Shown here in pieces: positions 1-8,853 of a stretch of DNA of 64,000 bases; within the stretch, counting starts at the first letter, position 1, and every line of letters begins with the position of its first letter. The DNA comes from a virus. The notes under the pieces are model-generated. The model saw only the letters and a program-made list of their open reading frames with translations, searched no databases and was not told the DNA's origin. Location of the stretch: IMG/VR virus record IMGVR_UViG_3300050821_007134, positions 32,001 through 96,000 of that record, one strand, 5' to 3'. Position numbers and translations under genes: made by a program.

Positions 1-91
1 CGCATTCATCCAGAGTAGGTTGAATCGTAGGCGTAGTGGCACAAGCCGACATCAATAGGGCCAAAATTATAAGAATTGCGACTTTTGACAT
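1..91 (-). CDS. Lipoprotein, partial (runs off left end)
   Basis: Manual translation MSKVAILIILALLMSACATTPTIQPTLDEC; hydrophobic signal ending in lipobox MSA-C. Confidence 0.6.
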   Translation of the reverse strand, partial: MSKVAILIILALLMSACATTPTIQPTLDEC

Positions 92-143
92 TCTGTAAGA
101 ATATCATGGTCCAATTACTAAGGGAAGTAGATTTTAGTAGGAA

Positions 144-458
144 TTAGTAGATTACTTGGCCGTTGGTGACCCATCCGTGGAACTTACATGAAGAATGAAC
201 TTTCTTGATGGTCCCGTCGGGCTGCTTTACATCGACATCGCAATCGCAATTGATGGACGGCGTTATAGAAACGTCTTCCAAAGTAGATCCAGTCTTTTTC
301 CAAACTGCGCCGTTTTGCGAATAGCTGGTTCCCTGGAAAGCCACGGCGATATAGTGGCCGCACGGGCATATTGGGCACTGGAACCAAAGAGAAGTCGGAT
401 GACCGACTTTCATATGATCGTATAGATCCCCGTCAAGTTCTGTAAGTTTCTTTTGCAT
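144..458 (-). CDS. DUF6527-like Zn-binding protein
   Basis: CPICPCGH...W...ITPSI...CKFHGWVTNG pattern. Confidence 0.6.
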   Translation of the reverse strand: MQKKLTELDGDLYDHMKVGHPTSLWFQCPICPCGHYIAVAFQGTSYSQNGAVWKKTGSTLEDVSITPSINCDCDVDVKQPDGTIKKVHSSCKFHGWVTNGQVIY

Positions 459-463
459 AGTGT

Positions 464-470
464 TAAGATT
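464..470 (-). promoter_or_regulatory. Putative late promoter motif AATCTTA, 5 nt before ATG (leaderless)
   Basis: Same motif recurs upstream of many virion genes. Confidence 0.5.
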
Positions 471-489
471 GCTTTAAAGCCCCGTTAAG

Positions 490-870
490 CGAGCTTTATA
501 CCCGATTGGGTACGATAAAGCCTATTTAATAGGTACTTATACCCGTTCGGGTACCCAATTACATCCATTATGGTTTTCATAACCGCCGGACGTTAGAAAA
601 TCACTAACGAATAAGATTTCATGCAACATACTGTCATTTTTCGATAGTTTCGAACAAATTGTCTATTATAGTAGCCATTTCAGGCATTTATGATCACTAT
701 AATGTACATTTGGTGCCTTATAGGGTGCCAAAAATCATTTTAATGGTACCTTATAGGGTACCTTTCCCGCCATTTGGCAGGATAAATGGCAGGATATGTC
801 GCAAAATCTCAAAAAAATCGTCATATCCGTGAGACGTGTCGCGATTTGATAAGTTTTTCGATATATAAAC
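490..870. repeat. Non-coding tract of tandem, mutually different palindromes
   Basis: TACCCGATTGGGTA 499-512, CCTATTTAATAGG 521-533, TACCCGTTCGGGTA 540-553, TTATGGTTTTCATAA 568-582, GGTACCTTATAGGGTACC 745-762. Confidence 0.75.
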
Positions 871-873
871 TGA

Positions 874-1146
874 TCACTTTTTGGGGAAACAGGTGCAGAC
901 TTCAAATTCGGGATCATTCTTATCAATAAGCATTCCGTCCCATTCGTAACACCAATGAAGAAAGGGCCTTTGGCGTCGGATCTCTTTATATTCTGATTCA
1001 ATGGCGGCTTCCCAGATCTTCTTGGTCCATTTTTGGAAATAAACCGACTGTTTTAGAGGAACTTCTGTCGAAAGAACTTCTCTAATCATTTCGACCATGA
1101 GCTTTTCTTGTTCTGGAGTAAGTTGGATCTCTTCTAGAGTAGGCAT
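874..1146 (-). CDS. Hypothetical protein
   Basis: 90-aa ORF in minus-strand run. Confidence 0.7.
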   Translation of the reverse strand: MPTLEEIQLTPEQEKLMVEMIREVLSTEVPLKQSVYFQKWTKKIWEAAIESEYKEIRRQRPFLHWCYEWDGMLIDKNDPEFEVCTCFPKK

Positions 1147-1307
1147 TATTTCAAGATCTCCAGCGAGGTTTGAAGTCTGAAACGAAGCCCCTTAATGGCT
1201 TGACTTCTGTCGCTATAAATAATGACTGCACAGAAATAGATCTTCCAGAATCCAACGTCCAGCTTTAAAACTCCAGGATATTTGTTTCGCAAGGAAAATG
1301 TCATGCG

Positions 1308-1736
1308 TCACCCGTTGATTGAAATGGTTTTGTCGTCATGGTAAATCGTAAAGTCGCCCTTATTTATGTGCCCGCACGCGGAATCATATTTAATTTGATA
1401 ATCATCGGGTAACTTTTCGAGCATTTTCTTTAACATTCCCACGGTAACTTGCTCCCATGCGTCTGTGTCTTTGGCGAAAGGGGTCTCGATGTTGTATTCT
1501 TTATCGATTTCTTCTATAGGGAGGAATATTTCGGGTATCTCCTTTGTTGGCAATGCGTGCAATTCTCTTTTGTAAAATTCCTTATAGGCCTCGGTCGGTT
1601 TGCCATCAAGAAGAATCCAACCATAATTTGGATGGAACAGGTCTTTGGGCGCTCCCATATTTTTAGCCGATGCTACTGAGGCATCTTCAATAACGGTTTG
1701 TTTTTCTTCATCTGTCATGTCTTCAAACTTTTTCAT
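1308..1736 (-). CDS. Hypothetical protein
   Basis: 142-aa ORF, GGAG SD. Confidence 0.75.
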   Translation of the reverse strand: MKKFEDMTDEEKQTVIEDASVASAKNMGAPKDLFHPNYGWILLDGKPTEAYKEFYKRELHALPTKEIPEIFLPIEEIDKEYNIETPFAKDTDAWEQVTVGMLKKMLEKLPDDYQIKYDSACGHINKGDFTIYHDDKTISING

Positions 1737-1897
1737 TTATGCTCCATAATTTATAATTGGTAAGTGATAATGCATATTTTTTGGATTCCAAGCCAGTTCC
1801 ATTACAACTTGCCAGGCGACTATCTCCCAGTCTGGCGCGAAAGGATCTTCGGTCCAAGTATAATTGGCGTCATTTAGTTCAGCGTCTTCTAGTAGCA

Positions 1898-2122
1898 TCA
1901 TATCTTTTGTACCAATAGGCCAACTGCATCGCCTTTGTAAAGAAGGGGATCGCTCAATCTTATGGCAAACTGTTCTATACCGGTACATTTATAAACAGTT
2001 CCATCTACTTCTATTTCTTGATTTAGAACTTCTTTTCTTGGCATTGTTTCTTCTAAATGTAGCGTATATACAGTACCCTTGCCACCAATAACAAATTTGT
2101 CTTCGCTTTTGAACTTTCTCAT
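1898..2122 (-). CDS. Hypothetical protein
   Basis: Start revised to MRKFKS, overlapping upstream stop. Confidence 0.6.
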   Translation of the reverse strand: MRKFKSEDKFVIGGKGTVYTLHLEETMPRKEVLNQEIEVDGTVYKCTGIEQFAIRLSDPLLYKGDAVGLLVQKI

Positions 2123-2349
2123 TTCTTTAAACTCAATTCTATATCGGCAAAAATATTTGCGATTTTGGATTTCACCACATAAAAGTAAGTATCGGCGGTA
2201 TTCCAATATTTTAAACCGTATGTCTCAGGATGAACCGAAGAACATTTAGGGCACGGAACCAATTTTGTCTCGTTCTCGATCTTATCGAACACTCCAAAAC
2301 CAGCGCATTTATTGCAAGGTCTTTTGGTAGAACTGCTTTGAATAAGCAT
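2119..2349 (-). CDS. Small Zn-finger protein
   Basis: CNKCAGFG...CPKC. Confidence 0.55.
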   Translation of the reverse strand: MLIQSSSTKRPCNKCAGFGVFDKIENETKLVPCPKCSSVHPETYGLKYWNTADTYFYVVKSKIANIFADIELSLKK

Positions 2350-2699
2350 TAGTTTCCACACCAATCGAAGTGAGCGTTTAAAATGTCCAAGAATTCTTTG
2401 TCAAGACTGGTAACTTTATATCCCAACTTTTGAAAGTGATCTACGATTTCTTTTGAGTTAACCGGCGTTGGGATCGACTGATCATAGGACGCATTATAAT
2501 CGTAAGTGCATTCGCCAAAAGAGGAGTTATGTTCGATGGCCTTTTCAATCAATTTAAGGGCTAGCTTTGTATTTGTGACCAACATTTGATCGTAAGTTAT
2601 TTTTTGTTTTTCTATGGCTTTTTGATACCTTCGATAGGATTCCTGAGCCGTCATCGCGTGCGCCTGGGAGACCAAAAGTAGAATCATCAAAATTTTCAT
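2349..2699 (-). CDS. Hypothetical secreted protein
   Basis: Signal peptide MKILMILLLVSQAHA. Confidence 0.7.
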   Translation of the reverse strand: MKILMILLLVSQAHAMTAQESYRRYQKAIEKQKITYDQMLVTNTKLALKLIEKAIEHNSSFGECTYDYNASYDQSIPTPVNSKEIVDHFQKLGYKVTSLDKEFLDILNAHFDWCGN

Positions 2700-3004
2700 T
2701 TCTTTCTCTCCTTTATTCGTTGCATTCTTTGATGGAGGGATTCAGCCCTACGTGTTTTCATTTCCATGACCTTTTCGTCTTTCTCAAGATCTTCATCCCA
2801 TTGATAAAGAGAGTATCCGCCATAGTAAACGTGCAGAATTGCTTGGGCATCTTCCTCAGATACGTGAGGAGGCTTCATGCCAGCTTCTTCCATTAAACTC
2901 AAAAACTTATTTGCCATGTCTTGGCTGCTGTCGGCATATTTGAATTGTATTTGATGATCGGTAAGAAATCTATGAATTTTACTTAACATCTCTTCGCGTT
3001 TCAT
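2696..3004 (-). CDS. Hypothetical protein
   Basis: Start revised to MKREEML; coupled to downstream gene. Confidence 0.65.
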   Translation of the reverse strand: MKREEMLSKIHRFLTDHQIQFKYADSSQDMANKFLSLMEEAGMKPPHVSEEDAQAILHVYYGGYSLYQWDEDLEKDEKVMEMKTRRAESLHQRMQRIKERKK

Positions 3005-3195
3005 CACTTTTCCCCATTTGGCGGCGGCCAGATGATCATACAAACAACGACCACGAAAGCAAAGACAAGAATTCTAAAAGCTGCTTCCTTTAAGGTCATC
3101 GAACCATGGTACCAAAACTATTCACTATTTGCAACCATTCATTCTGAAGTGAATAGGCAAGATCATGCCATGAAACGTTGCCTAATGTTGCTCGA

Positions 3196-3525
3196 TCAGA
3201 AGTTGTTATTATTTGGCTTCTTGTGTCTAATCTTCTTGGGAAGGCGATGATCCTGAAGCATATGACCGAAACTATCTTCCAAATTGGTAAATTTGTACAT
3301 GATATGACTCATATTAAGAATCCATAGCGCCGAAAAATATAACCCAGCACTAGTGTTCGGGTTTCCTCGTTCTAAGCTCATGACCGTAGGGCGTGAAACT
3401 GACATCTTCTCAGCAACTTGCGCGATGGTCAAATTCTGTCTGCGACGCGCCATTCTTAGGAGTTCGCCTAGCTTCTTTAATGTGTCTTCCGCTGAACTTT
3501 GTAAATAAACCATAATGGAAACCAT
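3196..3525 (-). CDS. XRE-family HTH regulator, HipB-like
   Basis: LRMARRRQNLTIAQVAEKMSVSRPTVMSLERGNP HTH; C-terminal LQDHRLPKKIR as in HipA-associated HTH proteins. Confidence 0.8.
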   Translation of the reverse strand: MVSIMVYLQSSAEDTLKKLGELLRMARRRQNLTIAQVAEKMSVSRPTVMSLERGNPNTSAGLYFSALWILNMSHIMYKFTNLEDSFGHMLQDHRLPKKIRHKKPNNNNF

Positions 3526-3539
3526 TGTTGCACATAATG

Positions 3540-3984
3540 GCTAAAATGTAAACAATACTTTACATTATCGCGAAACCTACCGCTCGTTCTTGTCCAGATT
3601 TATGGGGTAAAAACTGGATTTTTTGTCAGGTTAAAAGCTTACAAATTGGGACAAAAAGTCAGGTATAAACCTGACAAATGTTTAAACATTTTAGGCCCTT
3701 TTATGCGCAAATAAGCTCCTTGTATGTATACGTGTATAATTCGAATCAATAAAATCAAGTAGTTACAAGGATATACACGTTATACGTGACAGGTGGCAGG
3801 AATATATACATTTGGGACAATTTCGTGAATATCGGGACAAAATTTGTCCCGATTTCGTGCGGAGAATAAGGTCTTCAATCTCCGCATTACTGGTTAATAG
3901 GATCGCGATTATGCCTTAATCAGTCGTGTAAGTGTTTGATTTAAAAACCTTATATAGGACGATTATAAGGTAATCGGGTCAATA
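3540..3984. repeat. Second non-coding palindrome tract with two IHF-consensus sites
   Basis: GTCAGGTATAAACCTGAC 3658-3675, AAATGTTTAAACATTT 3676-3691, ATCGGGACAAAATTTGTCCCGAT 3831-3853; WATCAANNNNTTR at 3753-3765 (+) and 3929-3941 (-). Confidence 0.75.
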
Positions 3985-4296
3985 TTAGACCTTAATAGGA
4001 TCTTTATTAGGGTCAACTAAAGCTTCGTTGGCCATCTTTTCGACTTCGTCTATTGTGCGGCTCTCGTACATAACGACCCTTGGGTCTGGCTGCCTCTTGG
4101 CGGGCCAGTAAAGCCATCCAGGGCCAAGTTTCTTAAGAGCAGTTTCTAACTTCGCTATTCGTTCGGAGGCCTCTTTATTGACCGCGTGGGCTCCGGCCAC
4201 GAAAGCACACCAGCGAACGTCAGTGGGATCTGTGACCATGTGCTTGATATTTTCGTAGTCTTTGGCCCAAAGTTCGATCTGTTCTTGAGTGATCAT
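3985..4296 (-). CDS. Hypothetical protein
   Basis: ORF overlapping upstream stop. Confidence 0.7.
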   Translation of the reverse strand: MITQEQIELWAKDYENIKHMVTDPTDVRWCAFVAGAHAVNKEASERIAKLETALKKLGPGWLYWPAKRQPDPRVVMYESRTIDEVEKMANEALVDPNKDPIKV

Positions 4297-4547
4297 TCGT
4301 CACCTTGTTCCAATTCTTCAATTTCTTTTAAAACTTTTCTGGCATACTCGCAGCCAGGCTCAGCGATTAATCGTTCAAGATATTGTTCATGATTGCCCGC
4401 TTCTGTAATAGGATTAACTGCTTCAGCTCTGATGAATTCTTTAGCGCGATTCAAGGCTTGTTGTAACCTGTTAGCCTTTCTAAAGCTGTATTCCCACGAG
4501 CAATACGGACCATGATCATTTACTCCTGGGCAGCACTCTTTTTTCAT
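4293..4547 (-). CDS. Hypothetical protein
   Basis: ATGA coupling. Confidence 0.65.
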   Translation of the reverse strand: MKKECCPGVNDHGPYCSWEYSFRKANRLQQALNRAKEFIRAEAVNPITEAGNHEQYLERLIAEPGCEYARKVLKEIEELEQGDE

Positions 4548-4741
4548 TCTTCGCCTCTTTCGAGTTCGATTGTAACTTCTACCCTCATGTTGACAATGAG
4601 ATATTCCTTACAGCTCGGGCATTCCATCTCAATCCAGTGGCCATTGTTTTCTTGAACCATGCTGGCTGGGTAAAATCTCCATCCATTAATGAGAATTTTA
4701 CACTTTGGGCATTTACCCCAAGTGAGCTTATTAGTGTTCAC
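4544..4741 (-). CDS. Small Zn-ribbon protein
   Basis: CPKC...CPSC; GTG start overlapping upstream stop. Confidence 0.6.
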   Translation of the reverse strand: MNTNKLTWGKCPKCKILINGWRFYPASMVQENNGHWIEMECPSCKEYLIVNMRVEVTIELERGEE

Positions 4742-4980
4742 TTTGGCGCCAAAAACCAAAAGGGTCTTATGCGACCAATTCTCTTTAGAATTTTACGCAA
4801 AAATTCAACGGTATGAACGAAAGCTATAGTTGGAAGTGAAATCAAACCTAATATTGAATATCCGAGAGTAAGTTTTGACCATCGGAAATCTCTCCATCCT
4901 GGCCAACTATCCATAAACATGGCTCCAGGAATAAATCCTATCGCGATCCAGAATATCGTTATCAAAACAAACGCAACCAT
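4738..4980 (-). CDS. Membrane protein (2 TM)
   Basis: Two hydrophobic segments; GGAGG SD before MVAFVLI. Confidence 0.7.
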   Translation of the reverse strand: MVAFVLITIFWIAIGFIPGAMFMDSWPGWRDFRWSKLTLGYSILGLISLPTIAFVHTVEFLRKILKRIGRIRPFWFLAPK

Positions 4981-5000
4981 GTGTCCTCCAAAAAAGTAAA

Positions 5001-5198
5001 TCAAAGGGCCGGACGCTAACCCGGCTCGTTACCAGACAACCTAAGAGATCAGAGCCACGGGTAACCACTTAGACTCCCGGACTTAGGTAGTGCATGTCTC
5101 TTGGCTAATGATCGCTCAGTTCGCCAGCATTACCACGCTGCTCTTTGACGACGGCTGCTTCGCGGGGAGAAGCATATTGCACTAACCCAGGCACCGTC
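5001..5198. ncRNA. Candidate structured RNA (tRNA-like arms)
   Basis: GC-rich intergenic; closing stem TCAAAGGGC/GCTCTTTGA (5001-5148), GCCGG/CCGGC hairpin, further GACGG..CCGTC stem. Confidence 0.3.
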
Positions 5199-5235
5199 TT
5201 TGGAGTTTCTCATGAATTTAAAGGAGGATCAAGAA

Positions 5236-6069
5236 TTATTTATAAAGTTGTTTGCCCGTGGCGTCAAAGTATTTGATGCCGGTTAGAACATTCCCTTCAA
5301 TGACTTTATCGCCATTAATGGCCGCTTCTCGGCGGTATTCCAACTCGACATTTCTAACGCGGGACAATAATGGATTTGAGAACCTAAGTTCATATGGGAT
5401 TGAAAGGTCATAGATGGCGGTCCGGTTGGCACCTAAGAACTTGGTTCCCGGCGGAAGGACATTCAAATATTCTTGCACTAAAGCAAAAAGCCGCCCATCG
5501 ATATCGTAATGGCCAGGATTGCTAGTGTCCATGTAATTATGTAGGATTCTGGCTTCCGCCCAAAATTCACCTTCGGGAAGGATCAAATTAGTTGAACCAA
5601 GGGTTTTACCCATTTCGCCTTCCTTGATTGAAAAATCAAGTTTTTCGGCTTCTTCGGCTTTATCCAAAATGATATGTGGGAAGAAAAATACGGCACTTTT
5701 CGGGAGTTCTCCAGGCATGATGGCAAGTTTTATAGAAGACATGGTAGCGAGACTAGAAAGAATCCAACCCTTCTCGGCCAGGTCATTTGCTACTTTAGAC
5801 AATTCTTGCAGACCAAGGTCGACATTGTTGTTTGCTACGACGACGCTGAAAAATACGGCCCGACCGGTAACTTCACCATCTTTGGTGACAAGTAGATTTT
5901 TCTCGATTTTTGATAGGGCGGCTTTTGCCTTATCAGTAAGGTACTTTGAGGCATTTTCCGTATGATCGTCAATTTGAAGGGCACTGCCCTTTGTGATGGT
6001 TTTCTCGCTGGCCTTCAGGGTCTCGTTTACTTCCTCGATTAATTTTTCTAAGTTTTCTTGGTTTTCCAT
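5236..6069 (-). CDS. Hypothetical protein
   Basis: 277-aa ORF, AAGGAG SD. Confidence 0.85.
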   Translation of the reverse strand: MENQENLEKLIEEVNETLKASEKTITKGSALQIDDHTENASKYLTDKAKAALSKIEKNLLVTKDGEVTGRAVFFSVVVANNNVDLGLQELSKVANDLAEKGWILSSLATMSSIKLAIMPGELPKSAVFFFPHIILDKAEEAEKLDFSIKEGEMGKTLGSTNLILPEGEFWAEARILHNYMDTSNPGHYDIDGRLFALVQEYLNVLPPGTKFLGANRTAIYDLSIPYELRFSNPLLSRVRNVELEYRREAAINGDKVIEGNVLTGIKYFDATGKQLYK

Positions 6070-6226
6070 AAGTTCTCCTTTGCCCCCTTATATCAGAACT
6101 CTTATAAATGGCATTTTAATATTAATTTTGAAATTTTTTGATGAGTAGTTTCAGGGGTTTAATAAAATTAATACGAAAAGTGCAATTTTCCACCTTTATT
6201 AATTTATTAAAGGATTTTATCGCGAA

Positions 6227-6451
6227 TCATCTCTTCTTAGACTTGGCTGACAAGATTACTTGTCTTTTTAAAATCTTTACGTAGTCTTGAGCCTGTTTTT
6301 CAGAGTAAAAAATCCTTTTTAATTTCCTTTTGCCATTAAAAACAAAATAGTGATACCCTGTGCCAACGCAGTCGTCTTCACCTTGATCTTCGCAAGCCAT
6401 ATAACTTCGATACGTGTACTTGTATTCCTCTATCACTATTTTGTAACTCAT
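6227..6451 (-). CDS. Hypothetical protein
   Basis: ATGA coupling. Confidence 0.65.
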   Translation of the reverse strand: MSYKIVIEEYKYTYRSYMACEDQGEDDCVGTGYHYFVFNGKRKLKRIFYSEKQAQDYVKILKRQVILSAKSKKR

Positions 6452-6645
6452 TTCTTCTTCCTTTGGTTGTGTTCGGCAGCGATCCGTTCAAAATATCCGA
6501 GATCCCTTAAAATCGGGGTTGACCAGTGTTCAGGTTCATTTTCATGTTTTTTAAGCAGCGCGTCAAGTTCTTCATTGGACATGGACAGCATTTTGTCCAA
6601 AACCTCGATTGCCATTTGGGTCCCTGATTTTTTCTTAGAGCGCAT
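6448..6645 (-). CDS. Hypothetical protein
   Basis: Start revised to MRSKKKSG. Confidence 0.6.
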   Translation of the reverse strand: MRSKKKSGTQMAIEVLDKMLSMSNEELDALLKKHENEPEHWSTPILRDLGYFERIAAEHNQRKKK

Positions 6646-6811
6646 TATCTTTGTCCTTTTTGACTTTTCCTTCACCTTTGCAATTCGCGCAAGGTTGCGG
6701 AACTGGTTCCCAACAACCATCAAAGGAATTATAGGCCGAATCCGGAACTGGGTCAACCCCGGAGCCATCGCAAATATGGCAAGTTTCCATGTCATTAGGT
6801 GACCGCTTCAT
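6635..6811 (-). CDS. 58-aa DnaJ-type Zn-finger protein (not in ORF track)
   Basis: Manual translation: CHICDGSG...CANCKGEG; GAAGGA SD. Confidence 0.6.
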   Translation of the reverse strand: MKRSPNDMETCHICDGSGVDPVPDSAYNSFDGCWEPVPQPCANCKGEGKVKKDKDNAL

Positions 6812-6860
6812 AAGTCCTTCTTTTTGCTTGAGTTTTTATAGGTGTCATTGAGTGACATTA

Positions 6861-7223
6861 TCAGTCTATCCGGCCATGGCCAAGTGGATTGCGTAAATAT
6901 TCAGAATAATTCATAGCAGCATCCCTTACCCTTTGATCTGGGTCCTTTAGGGCCTTGCGCCAAAAACCGCTGGCTTTTGACTGTTTGGTCAAATAAGCCA
7001 CAAATCGCTCATACCAGACTGAACTAGTGGCGGCATATTCCAAAATCTTGTTTGGGCACTTCGGATGCCGTAAAATGGCCTTCCGATTTTGCCACTGATC
7101 CATTCGAACGAAACGATCCTCAGTCGGTTCCAAGGTCGACATGAAAAATTCGGAAAATTGGGCTTCCGTGGGTTCCGCCGCCATAAAGGCCTTCAGGGTC
7201 GGATAGTCAAATATTTTACGCAT
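6861..7223 (-). CDS. Hypothetical protein with HEAT-like repeat
   Basis: ALKDPDQRVRDAAM; AGGAGG SD. Confidence 0.75.
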   Translation of the reverse strand: MRKIFDYPTLKAFMAAEPTEAQFSEFFMSTLEPTEDRFVRMDQWQNRKAILRHPKCPNKILEYAATSSVWYERFVAYLTKQSKASGFWRKALKDPDQRVRDAAMNYSEYLRNPLGHGRID

Positions 7224-7241
7224 AAGTCCTCCTATCCTTTC

Positions 7242-7270
7242 ACCATACCCCTATGGAATTTCTTTGTCAA
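7242..7270 (-). promoter_or_regulatory. sigma70 promoter
   Basis: TTGACA-N17-TATGGT upstream of 7223. Confidence 0.75.
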
Positions 7271-7828
7271 GGGATTATATGCTAGCGCATATATTTGCTA
7301 CGAAATCGGGCTATTTTATATGACATCGCATATATTCTATGCGATCATGCAGAAATACTATCAATGGTATTTTTGGGGCCGGAAGTGGGCTCTGAATCGA
7401 GCTGGCGGGCGGAATTCAGTGGAAGGGTGGATTGGGCCGGGCTGTCACGGAACTCGTTACTATGCCCTATCCTGGCTCATTTCTGGCCCCTTTATAGCGT
7501 GGTATCGGGACTGTGGCGGCCCGGTTAAGGTATGGATATAATTTTGGGAAAAATTTTTATAGCTATGGATATAAGAAAAATTTTGGAAATTTTATAGTGA
7601 TTCGATGTCCTAGTACATTAGACCCTTGCCTCGGCTGTATACCTACCTACCGGACGACTCGTTTTCCTGACTGATTCCAATAGGATAGACGTTTTAGGTG
7701 CTGTCTAATGTGTGTACAGACTGTCAACTGATTAATCGTGCCAATGATAGCTGTCTGGTTCTACATACATACGAGCTGTCTAGTTTATCCACAAGTGTCA
7801 ACGAATGTGTGTACAGTGCTCTTCCCCT

Positions 7829-7844
7829 TGCAATAGCCGTACCA
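7829..7844 (-). promoter_or_regulatory. sigma54 -24/-12 promoter
   Basis: TGGTACG-GCTA-TTGCA; GG-N10-GC. Confidence 0.55.
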
Positions 7845-7999
7845 TGTTGTTTGACCATAAGTTAGACAGTGGTGGCGGTTGCTTATATTGGGTCTGGTTG
7901 GCCTAATCACATATAGGGCCAGCAAACGACCAGCCATTAGACATTGACTAATAGTTCGACACATTGACGCGTGCCATATGCGCCACGGCGCGGCGTGGC

Positions 8000-8015
8000 T
8001 GGCACGGGCCATGCA
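8000..8015 (+). promoter_or_regulatory. sigma54 -24/-12 promoter
   Basis: TGGCACG-GGCC-ATGCA upstream of the first plus-strand genes. Confidence 0.65.
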
Positions 8016-8164
8016 AATACTAATTATGAGACATACGCGGGCCACGGACTAAGGCCCTTCCCCTTAGGAGGCATTATGTTAAAGCTTTTGAAAAGATGGT
8101 TTAGAATACGCAATACCGAGCATGTTAAAGATCAGTTAGACCTAATTGAGCAATAGGAGAGAAT

Positions 8165-8419
8165 ATGAATACATTAGAGCTACGTGTCAAATTAGAAGAG
8201 GCTGGCCTGACTGTACGCCAAACAGAGGTCGTCTTATTGGTCGCTCAAGGCCTGTCAAACAAAGAAGTAGGCAACCAGCTATTTATCGCGCCAAAGACAG
8301 TCAAGTTTCACCTAACGACTGTTTATGGCCTGTTAGGCGTCAAAAGCAGGGCTCAATTAATCGTTTGGTGTGTACCACACTTGTACACTCCCATCATTCG
8401 AATAGAGGAGGCTGTATGA
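8165..8419 (+). CDS. Solo LuxR/GerE-family HTH regulator
   Basis: LTVRQTEVVLLVAQGLSNKEVGNQLFIAPKTVKFHLTTVYGLLGVKSRAQL. Confidence 0.92.
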   Translation: MNTLELRVKLEEAGLTVRQTEVVLLVAQGLSNKEVGNQLFIAPKTVKFHLTTVYGLLGVKSRAQLIVWCVPHLYTPIIRIEEAV

Positions 8420-8601
8420 TTAAAGTATTGCCAATGGATGCCAGCACGGAGTCAATTCAATATTGGCGTTCGATGGGTTATACAATCCAGTTTGTGCAAA
8501 CAAAATAGGCAAAGCTTCGCCGTCCAGCGTAGTTTGCTTGTTTAAAATAAATGTGGTCGCGTGTGTGGTGTGTAAATAGGGGCCTTTTTGGCATTGTTTC
8601 G

Positions 8602-8618
8602 CGTGGCAAGTAAAGCAA
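8602..8618 (+). repeat. 17-bp inverted repeat, left copy (partner 12122-12138)
   Basis: CGTGGCAAGTAAAGCAA; exact reverse complement at 12122-12138. Confidence 0.8.
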
Positions 8619-8661
8619 TTGTAACGGCATTTGTGAGGTAACTATATGAAAGAATTAGTAA

Positions 8662-8853
8662 ATGCGTCAATACATAGTGTTTAGGGCTGATTTACAGCTA
8701 TTCGACTCATACGGCCAGCCGTGTATTGTCGAGGCTACTAACTTAAAGAATGCTCAATACATTGCAGTCAGGGCCTTTGGTTATGATCTAGGCAATATAC
8801 CGCTATCGGTTATTAGGTCAATTCGAGTCAGGCCATACAAGGAGGCTATCTAA
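8662..8853 (+). CDS. Hypothetical early protein
   Basis: ORF coupled to next gene. Confidence 0.65.
   Translation: MRQYIVFRADLQLFDSYGQPCIVEATNLKNAQYIAVRAFGYDLGNIPLSVIRSIRVRPYKEAI

Noticed and set aside
490-870. CRISPR array in the palindrome tracts (also 3540-3984)
   Set aside because: No constant direct repeat with regular spacers and no cas genes
5001-5148. Canonical tRNA gene
   Set aside because: No TTCRA loop, no clear anticodon arm, too long; kept only as an RNA candidate
7785-7793. Host-type oriC from the DnaA box
   Set aside because: Single copy; a 9-mer can occur by chance in 64 kb
7089-8045. ORFs 7089-7541, 7295-7528 and 7785-8045
   Set aside because: They overlap promoters and repeats, lack SD and have atypical composition
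8589-8618. sigma54-like TGGCA sites (also 57555 on + and about 3156-3171 on -)
   Set aside because: GG-to-GC spacing is not 10 nt or the -12 GC is missing
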